The position numbers and the translations under genes were made by a program. From NCBI GenBank assembly GCA_003344405.1, contig NOWV01000154.1, forward strand, positions 1 through 64,000: a stretch of 64,000 nt of DNA, read 5' to 3'. Shown piece after piece: positions 54,640 through 64,000 of this stretch. Under the pieces are notes generated by a model. That model was given only the letters and a program-made list of their open reading frames with translations. It ran no database searches and was not told where the DNA came from. Position 1 is the stretch's first letter. Every line of letters begins with the position of its first letter. Origin of the DNA: Trichoplax sp. H2 (lineage: Eukaryota).

Positions 54640-54862
54640 TTATGTTGCAGTACTGTACTGTACAGTACACAGCGGTGAAATAGAGTACAGTACTGTACTG
54701 TACAGTGTACACTGTAAACTCAGGGTTCAGTTCTGTGCAGTACAGTACAGTAAAATGCTGAGTCAATGTACCGTACAGTACACTAGTGTACTGTACAGCA
54801 TAGTATGCGCAGTGTAACGATGGAGAATCGTATGTAAATTTTGACTACAGTACAGTACTGTA
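54640..54862. repeat. CAGTA/TACTG array at the start of SERHL copy 1
   Basis: cagtactgtactgtacagtacac, gtacagtactgtactgtacagtgtacactgta and similar blocks directly flank the predicted ATG at 54820. Confidence 0.88.
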
Positions 54863-57800
54863 TGCCAAGTTTGCCAACAATAAAGTTAATTACTGTTAGG
54901 TAAATCAGAAATCGAACTACAACAATTAGCATCTCCTATGGAAGAAATTACTTGTGGTACGATATGTATAATATATACTGAATTCGATTTTTTTGTCAGT
55001 AAAACATCGTCATCATTACCATCGTTCACTTACTGCAGTTGCATTTATATTATTTTATATTATATTGACACATACTACGTATAAACGTCATTATGCTCCG
55101 GAATCTTATTGATGACGTTTATAGCAGTAATCTATACTCTAGTCTACGCTATTAACAAAGTTATTGCAGTTAAGTATTCATTGATTTATTTTGCTTAATA
55201 TTATCCCCTTAGCTATATTTGTAATGATCTAGCACAGAATTTAGTATCTTTAACCAAACTAAAAGTACGTCGAATCTTTGCAATGCAATTTCAGCTACTG
55301 CAAGTATAAGAAATATTTCAACTTTAGCATCAGCAAGCCTTTGACCTTTGATAGTAACGTCTTGTAACCTTTGTAATTTGCATGCGCATACTGTACTGTA
55401 CTGTACTGTATGTGTAATAATAACGTAATAGCCAATGTTGTGCTTTGGTAATAACGACATTATTGCCAGGGCTTGGATTTGAAATCATCAATTCAGCAAA
55501 TTTAAGAATTGTCAAGCCATGAGATCATTGCATGTAATCAAACAGAGAGAATGAAAACTACTCATGGATACAGTATTGCAACGTATTGTCATTAGACTAG
55601 AAAATTAGTCTTTGTGCTATACCGATACTGTATTTACCTGAAATCAACTTCGATACGAAGGCGGAGAATGGAAGTTATTGCATATACTTAGAGATATCTT
55701 TCAAGCTGTCCCCGACTTTTAGCACAAGTGTTATGCGTTGCCAAAGTTAGCTAATATCATTTATCTTTAGCCTTTTATGGGATATGTATTTGTTGATAAT
55801 TTTATAGAACTGTGTTTTCCTAGATTCAATGGGTCTATACCATTATCCTATAATCTAGCTAGGAATAATTATATAACTATATAGCATTGCACATACCGTA
55901 CAAAAATTGAATCTAATACCGTACTTTACGTCAGGCTGTTAGTCAGGATTTGCAAATAGATCTGCAAATTCTAATAAAATGAAATATTTTAGTAGCTAAT
56001 TGTTACTAATATGCTATTGAAATCAATTAACTCACAGAAGAACTATCAGTAGCAGTACCATGGGGTACTATGGCTGCTAAAAGCTGGAACTCAGAATGCA
56101 CAAAGATAATAATAGGAATTCACGGTTGGTTTATGTTACTAGAACATACTGTATTAGCTATACAGTACATTATACGGGTATATAGTAATGCTCTACATGA
56201 AGTGTGCAGATACAATAATAGTTATACAATCATTCAATAGGACAGGGTGATTTTATAGAGTATATGAATTCATTTCCTGTAAAAGGATACGCATTTCTTG
56301 CATTGATTTGCACAGTATATAATATCGATGGTTTGTGTTTCCTGTTAATAGGATGGCAAGATAATGCTAATTCATTTGATAAATTAATCCCACTATTACC
56401 GAAAGGTTTGCAATCTTGATGTACAAGTACCATTAATAACTTATTGCAATAATGTATATGCTGTGGTATTACATATTGGGTTTTCATATTATTTCTATTG
56501 ATCTCCAAGCTTGATAACATTAATGGCTTTTGCCTCTTAAGGTATTAGATACATTATCCTTGATCTCCCCGGACATGGTAAATCGTCATATTTTCCTCCT
56601 GGAACTATGTACGAAATGCAAAGATACATCATGAGTCTGCACTTTTTTGTCAAGGGTAAGCTGGCACATTGCGGATCAGTAACATCTATACCATTACTAT
56701 ATTTACTGATGGATTGATATAATAAGTATTTTAGGTACTTATTACGCTGTATAGTATCCGATGTAATTACTTTTTAACTAGTTACAAGCAATCATCGGAC
56801 GTTCCAGCAGTATCGTTTACATACACCACGAATAAAATTATATAGTTACTGTAGCTATAGATTTATATACGTATATAGATTGATTGATGAAAATGGGTTT
56901 ACCAGAACTAACTATTTCGTACAGCTACACGTACTATTCATCCTTATTGTTGGAATACGATTATCCAGTTTGTTAACGTTGTTATTCTCATCGTTATTTC
57001 ATTCAAATATTTCTATGATTCCAGGCTCATCCGTTGTGTAACGATTTTCCTGATTGCTTTTTATTTTTGTATCTTAATTGCTGACAGGTTTAAAACTAGA
57101 TAAATTTTCGTTAATGGGGCATAGCTTAGGTAAATATCATATCAGTTTCTTAGTTTAATACACGGTGAAGCAACCTTAACCTTGCCTACGTTATGTATAC
57201 TTCCTTTTCTCTCATTTTGTTGAACTTATCTATCTAACCTTCTTGTAGGTGGTGCTGTCTGCTGTCTGGTATGTTTTTTGCTTACTGTGTAATTTTTGGA
57301 TCTGATATAAAACGAATATAACCTTTTAACGGTAGCTTACGTAAACATGAATTACGCCATTTCATAGTATTCCGGTACCTTCCCTAATAATGTATACGAA
57401 TTAATTATACTAGAATCGATATGTGCTGCATCGGGAGAACCAGTAAGAAAATGTTTAGTTTATATTCATGTATAAAGCTACCCATCATCAGAATCTTTAA
57501 TCCTTTTTCTTCTCAATAACAGGAAAGATTAGTGAACTTATTTTCTGAGGGTCTCGACTCTTTCGTAAAGGGTGAGTTCAGAACGGCAAAGCCTTATCCA
57601 ACAATTGACGCAGCCGTCGAAAGGTTAGTTTAAGTTGTTAACTTATATCACATAATATTGCCGTATAAAACACAAGCATACTTATATTAGTTTAGCGTAA
57701 CATTAATAAAATTTAGAATAAGATATACTTTACTGCGTCATTAACGACCTTTTCTCTAGGTTGAAACTAGCAAACAATTCTTTGACAGATGACGCTGCAA

Positions 57801-58653
57801 AAATTCTAATTGACAGAGGCACAGTCAAATCGGAAAATGGTTAGTTATAAAACTAACTTACATATTTTTATGTTCAACTTTTGTAGCTAAATCAATTCAC
57901 TGTATTCAGAATCGCTTTACTGGTTATCTTATGATCAAAGTACTATAGTCAATAATTCTTTACAATCTATAAGTTAACCGAATTTTCTTCTTTTTAAGGC
58001 TATTTATTTGTTAGAGATCCGGTATTGTATCAAGTAAGAATGTACTCTCAGCTAAATGCCGTAAAATTATTCCAAATCATACCATTACATACACGTCTTC
58101 GTTTTATAGAGTACCCTTCGAATGGCGCGAGAGGTGCAACTAGAAATAGTCTCCAGGATTAAAGCGAAAACGTTAATTGTTCTGTAGGTGATCTTTAAAT
58201 ATACCACTGGAACTAAATAGTATTTGAAGTGCTATTAAAATATAATATGCTACTTATAGAGCAGAGGATGGACTTATACTCAAAGGCGTTGATGCTGCAG
58301 TTTTAGCCCGTCTTCTTGAAGCTTACAAGAAAAGCACATCTTTGGTAAGAATCTTGGAAATCTTTATAGTTATGCTAGTGTTGTACGAAGCATTAACATA
58401 ACATCATTCTTAAATAGCCTTATAAATACCATCAACACTAGTATTGATGAGCTACCATACAACACTGAAATGCAACAAAATATTAATATACCAATGTTTA
58501 TTTCATTTCTATTCGCCATTGTTACATTTAAATGGGATTTAGTACAAGCAAGTTACCGTGCCTGGCAAACATCACATACACCTGACTGATCCAGAATCTA
58601 TTAGTCAAATTATTTGTGACTTCCTAAATGACAGCGTAGAAGATTCATCTTAA
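54820..58653 (+). CDS. SERHL: Serine hydrolase-like (SERHL/SERHL2-type) alpha/beta hydrolase, copy 1; exons 54820-54829 (tentative), 56038-56124, 56352-56405, 56542-56655, 57088-57129, 57249-57268, 57368-57442, 57523-57623, 57760-57839, 57999-58033, 58110-58183, 58260-58344, 58543-58653
   Basis: ELSVAVPWG, HGWQDNANSFDKLIPLLP, DLPGHGKS, GHSLGG nucleophile elbow, YLFVRDP, VPGKHHIHL (catalytic His). The first exon ATGGAGAATC|GTATGT is phase-compatible but unconfirmed. Confidence 0.88.
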
Positions 58654-59473
58654 TGATGCAATAAACTGATACGACTTAGATATCCTATGGTACCGCTTAG
58701 AACTTTAAGTAACTGAAGTTTTGCTACATTTCTCCTAAGGGTAAAAACTTTAAATTTTAAAATAGGTCAACGAATTTCTTTCATAATTTAATATTCTACT
58801 GAACGTAATAAGGTGATATTCGTACTAAGCATAACATTATAAGAATGATTACCATAGCACTATACGATAAATATAAAAAGTACTATAAAGTTTCACTGCA
58901 GCTTGCCATTGTTTGCTATGGGTTACTACAAGATACTAAGAATGACTGACACAATACTTGCTCTATCCTTTCCTTGTACCCATATGTGCAATATATTATT
59001 TATCTATTCTGACAATGAAAAAAATTGATGGATGTAAATTGAAGATTTTGAGGAGAATAAACCAGCTGCGGATATTTAAAATTTATATTACATGTATTGT
59101 GTCATTCTATTTATTAATTATTATACTAGTGTACCCTGGAATGAATTACGTATATCTTACAAAGAATACTTTAAACTCGCAATTGCACTAAGCGTGGGTC
59201 GGTATGCAGCTCCACGTCATGCTATAGCATATACATATCTGCGAAGTCATAGATACACCTGGAATGTCTAAACCCGTGATTTTCTACGCATTAAGCCTGT
59301 CATATAATACTCATTAATTAACTTACCTATGAACTACTAGAAGAAGACCTAGTAGTCCATGACTTAACCAACTGTAATAGAGGTAAATCACCATGGCCAC
59401 TCTATGGGCAGTGTGCCTCTTGGAAGCCTTGCCACTACCCGACAAGGCCAGAACACTACTTTTAGGGTAGTGT

Positions 59474-59760
59474 CAGGGAGTACTAAGAAGAAAGAAAGGG
59501 GCAGAACGGTCGTTCAAAATAGCAAAAATGAGGGGGGCTGACTACTTTGTTGGTTATCTCAGCTGAACCGTATCTGAAACGATACACTATACTGTCTACG
59601 ATTGTTATCCAAATTTTAGCCGCTTGGTTGATTTTGTACAGTATAGCGTAGTATACGGTTTATGTGGTAGTATATCGTAGAATGACCCAAAAAATGATAA
59701 GCCCCCTATTATTTTGCATTAAATGCCCGCTATGCGTCCCTCTCTTTCTAGTAATCCCTG
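59474..59760. mobile_element. Degenerate MITE-like/foldback element with CAGGG...CCCTG termini
   Basis: The left arm cagggagtactaagaag...gcaaaaatgaggggggct (59474-59539) is an imperfect reverse complement of the right arm agccccctattattttgc...tctttctagtaatccctg (59700-59760). No target-site duplication found. Confidence 0.45.
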
Positions 59761-59779
59761 CTACTCTGTTTTTAGTATG

Positions 59780-59980
59780 CAGAGTACAGTACGGCAGGGA
59801 CTACAGTACTAAAGAAGAGAAAAGACTGTCCAACATTAGCTGCTAATGATGCTGCGAAGTTGGTCTTGTACAGTACTGTATAATATGGTAGAATGACTGG
59901 AAAAAGAATAAGCCGCTGCATTTACACACTGTAGTGTACTGTATGTACAGTGTACAGTACAGTAATCTACTGTACACACA
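59780..59980. repeat. CAGTA/TACTG array upstream of SERHL copy 2
   Basis: tgtacagtactgta and cactgtagtgtactgtatgtacagtgtacagtacagta lie ~150-340 bp upstream of the tentative ATG at 60125. Confidence 0.8.
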
Positions 59981-60124
59981 GCCAGCTGATACAAACTATT
60001 GCGATTCTGAATGACTGAAATCCGGAGGGCTCTCATCTGAATCCGGATGAGAAAATCTGCTTGGGCAATCTCCTAAAACTGTACATAATTCTAATGTATA
60101 GAACCCTATCTGGGAAACTTCGTG

Positions 60125-63100
60125 ATGGCATCTCGATTAGGAAAGGCTTTATACGGTGACTATAAGGATATCTTATTATGGAATGACTTTATCATGGAAA
60201 TTACAACTTCGTTTCTATTAATATCTTGAAATTACAGATTAATATACTGTACACTCTACTGTGTACACTACTCTACAAGCACAGCTGAAATTGATAACAG
60301 CTCACGATTTTACAACAGATTATACGCTTATATATAATAATACTAATAATATTTATTGATATTTATTAATATTTACGTAACTAAAATATAAATTAGTACG
60401 TAAATAAAATTCGAATTTCGTAATTCAACCCCAGTAAAAATGCGCATTTACTACAATGTAGTGTGTTCTCTTAACGAGAAGTGATCTGCAGCATTTTCAA
60501 CCGTGTTGGAACTAATCTCGTTAAAAAAACGTAGCTGAATGCAATTCTCTATAAGTATCATTTCATATACTGTACTGTATATAAGAATCTGTAACATTTT
60601 GCACTATTTTACATCGAAATTTTTAATCTATCGAGTATTACCAAGAGATCATAATTAAAGATAAGCAAATACCTCTTCAAGCACTTGCCCACCACTTGTT
60701 GTTATCAAACTAGCACAGTAGAGAGCGATAAGATAGTACTGTACAGTCGTAAAATTTGATCAAGAATATTCTAAGCTTAATACAGTAATTATAATTATCA
60801 TTGTCACCTCGACTGCATTTTACTTCTGTACTGTATCTTGTTCTAATTAATTGTAACTAGTGCAAACTCCCGTCGCTTTGCTGACTTCTATTCTCAACTA
60901 TATAATAGTGCAGTATGATCATTTAAATGAAATAGAGGGCATTAGTAATAGGCAAGATTGGAAAGAAAAATATGAATAAGGCTACAGCAGTAGCGATAAG
61001 CAAATAATTCCTGAATGTATTTAAATTAGGGGTCATTGGGTAAACTACGTAGGATAGCCCTTGTTACGTGTAGCAGGAAGCATACATGAATTCGTCATCC
61101 ATTCATTTATAGCGTAATAAAGTATTTGCAGGATAGAATCTTTTGTTTGTAGAATGGTCAGTTTTATTTGTACTTTACTAATAATGCCTTCGATCTAAAG
61201 TGAATTTAGCCCTTGCTATATATCGATTTAGTCGCCCTAAATCATATTCTCTGTGCTTTAGAGGAACTATCGGTTGCGGTGCCATGGGGTAGAATGGCTG
61301 CTAAATGTTGGAATACCGGCGGTACCAGGACTGTATTAGGAGTTCATGGTAAGATTGTATTGACTTTCAGACATTTTATGGATAAGAATAATTGCAGGAC
61401 ACATATATACGGCATCTTATCCCTACAGATATTCACGCATGCATTGAGGTGCGTGACGTGTCCAGGAACAATCAAGAGTAGTTATTTGATAATCGCCCCT
61501 GGTCGTTATTGAGTGTCAATAGTTTACTCTTCTACCCATTTCACGCCTATTGTAACGATATTTTCTATAAATCCGTCATATTGTAGCTATAGGAAAAGTA
61601 TAGCGCCAATATGGAAATAGTCATGGATTTTTTAAGCTACACAATTTTTAATGAAGATGCGAAATTAATTAGTAATGACGTTGCTTTTCACAGGCTGGCA
61701 GGATAACGCAAACACCTTTGATGGATTGATTCCGTTGCTACCAAAAAGTAAGAGTAACAGATACTATCAAGTAGTTTCTCTGATTGATATTGATCATAGA
61801 AGTAAGAAATAATTGAAATGTTTATTAATTAAATACGACTACATCAACATAAGTCACTAGCTAGGCGTCTTACCACATCCGCATTTCTTGTTTTAGACAT
61901 GAAATTTAAAATTTACATTTTACAGATTATTAGATAAAGAAATCAATCGCAAAACTTTCTGATGTGTTTATATCATTGATTTATGATATTAATTTTTTAT
62001 GTTATTACGAGTGATACAAATTTATTATAGATCGTGAATAATTATTCATCTCATTTCTGGGCATAGATATCAAATTTATAGCTATTGACCTCCCTGGACA
62101 TGGCAAATCTTCAAATCTTCCCTCTGGTGTGATGTATGAAATACAAAGATACATCATGAGTTTACACTTCTTTGCGAAGGGTATGCAAAAATACTACTTT
62201 CTATTCTTTAACGTTTTACAACTACCGAACTATGTCTTTAATTTCTTCTAGCATTGACATTACGATTCTTGCGTAGTACTTCAAATATTACTATATAAAA
62301 GCCTTATTTCTACACGATAGGTTGCTAAATCGCTGTAGTTTATGTGAATGATATAGATCTTACTTCTGCATAAGATTAGCCTTCAACTACATATGTAATC
62401 TTAAAGCGCGAGTGTATTAAAAAATTTTGCATTGGATTGATACACTGTAAGATAATTACCAAGCACCGTTAGATTACGGACACAAAATCATAAATTTTAA
62501 ATTTTATTAGATATATAGTATTAGTCTACGATATAAATTACTGGTAACGAGTCTTATTTCTAACTGAAATATTTCCCTCTACACTATTTTTCGGAAGAAT
62601 AGGTTTAAACCTAGATAAATTCTCTTTAATGGCACATAGCCTTGGTAAGTAAACTTCTTAAAGTATACCTGCTTTCGCATATACGATATTTTATGACTGA
62701 AGTAGTTTATTGCTCATAGGTGGTTCAATTGCTGCATTGGTAAGAGATTTATATCTGCTTCGATAGATGCTAGTAATAATTCACATGAATAAATCAAGTA
62801 TTAACTCAAGATTGTAATTAGTATTCATTTCCTTGTAAGTATAGTATTCTGGTACCTTTCCGGACAAAATACAGCAGCTAGTTATTATAGAATCAATATG
62901 TGCTATATCTGGTACACCGGTAAGATCAGTTAATTATTCTTAATAATTTTTGGTGAATTCACCTCTTTTGTCATGATATGTTTTACTAAATAAATAAACA
63001 AAATTCTTTAGAAACATCTCATTGACTTATTTTCTGATGGCATGGATTCATTCGTAAAGGAAAATCACAGAATAGCTAAGCCTTACGCAGATATAGAAGC

Positions 63101-63862
63101 CGCCGTGGCTAGGTATTAGTATAGTTTAAAACTTATCATGTCTGTAAATATTACCGTACTCATATAGTCTATTGACTCATAAATGGAGTAACAAACTGCA
63201 ATGGAACTTCTAAATATCAAGAGGACATCAAGAATCCTTAAGCAACATTAATCTCGTATCCCTACTATACCATCTGATTTAGGTTGAAATCGATAAATAC
63301 CTCCCTCACTAATGATGCTGCAAGAATTCTAGTTAAAAGAGGCACTTCAAAAAGCGCAGATGGTCAATATTTTCTCTACTTTCAATTCTATTGCTGATTA
63401 AAGTTGTTTACACACTTATTCGTAAAATTTCATATCTTATTCTCTTCATATGAGCCTAAATTGAGTCGTGAGATAACATTGAATTTAATTACTATTAAAT
63501 CATTTTATTTAGGATACCGTTTTGTACGTGATCCCGCTCTGCAATACGTAATGAAGCTTTGCATGAATACATTATATATATTATTGCATTATATTTTGTA
63601 ATCGTTTACAATTTTATTTCTTTAGAATACGCTTCGATTGACTTTGGAAATGCAGTTAGAAATAATCTCTAGAATAAAAGCACACTGTTTGATTATACTG
63701 TATGTACATTTTTACTAAATGCAACATTTTTGCTGATTAGTAATCATTAAACCATTTTGTTACGATATTATTAGGGCGGAAGAAGGAATTATTCTTAACG
63801 AATCCACACTCTATGAAAATATTTCAGCTCTTCATGAGGCCTATAAGAAAAACTCCAGCTCG
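60125..63862 (+). CDS. SERHL: SERHL-like alpha/beta hydrolase, copy 2, 3' end beyond window; exons 60125-60155 (tentative), 61262-61348, 61694-61747, 62067-62180, 62603-62644, 62720-62739, 62845-62919, 63012-63112, 63283-63362, 63513-63547, 63626-63699, 63775-63862
   Basis: ELSVAVPWG, HGWQDNANTFDGLIPLLP, DLPGHGKS, AHSLGG, YRFVRDP. Exon lengths match copy 1 (87, 54, 114, 42, 20, 75, 101, 80, 35, 74 nt). Confidence 0.87.
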
Positions 63863-64000
63863 GTAGTAATTTTGTTTAATTCTACCTGAAATATCACATT
63901 TTTCCGTTTTCTAATGAGCCATTGCTATGTTTTATATAATTATTACTAGTTTGATTACTAACTTACACTTATTCTTTAATCACAGTTTAAGCAAATCGTT

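Noticed and set aside
1-64000. tRNA, rRNA, snRNA genes and autonomous transposase or reverse transcriptase ORFs
   Set aside because: None recognisable by eye; tRNAscan-SE and Infernal would be needed to exclude small RNAs.

Overview
AT-rich, compact, intron-containing animal genomic DNA. The short introns, gene set and (CAGTA/TACTG)n arrays suggest a placozoan such as Trichoplax, which is inference, not proof. Gene models were built by hand from GT-AG sites and frame continuity. In order: the first coding exon of NME5 (-); two paralogous orphan rhodopsin-class GPCRs (-) separated by a ~19 kb apparently gene-free interval; a SEPT6-group septin (-) divergent from a CD36/SCARB2-like scavenger receptor (+); COMMD5 (-) divergent from BCKDHB (+); a possible unannotated TNF/C1q-like gene or pseudogene (-); an intronless TENT5/FAM46 poly(A) polymerase (-); and two tandem SERHL-like alpha/beta hydrolases (+, the second runs off the window). 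The strongest unexplained signal is a set of palindromic arrays built from the pentamer CAGTA/TACTG. They lie upstream of every non-GPCR gene start, and no such array was seen near the GPCR starts or in the gene desert. Other points of interest are a septin with a degenerate G3 motif (HTES), GPCR motif changes (N3.32, EKY), a frame break in GPCR1, gene pairs that match human neighbours (BCKDHB-TENT5, septin-SCARB2), and transposon-end-like inverted repeats.
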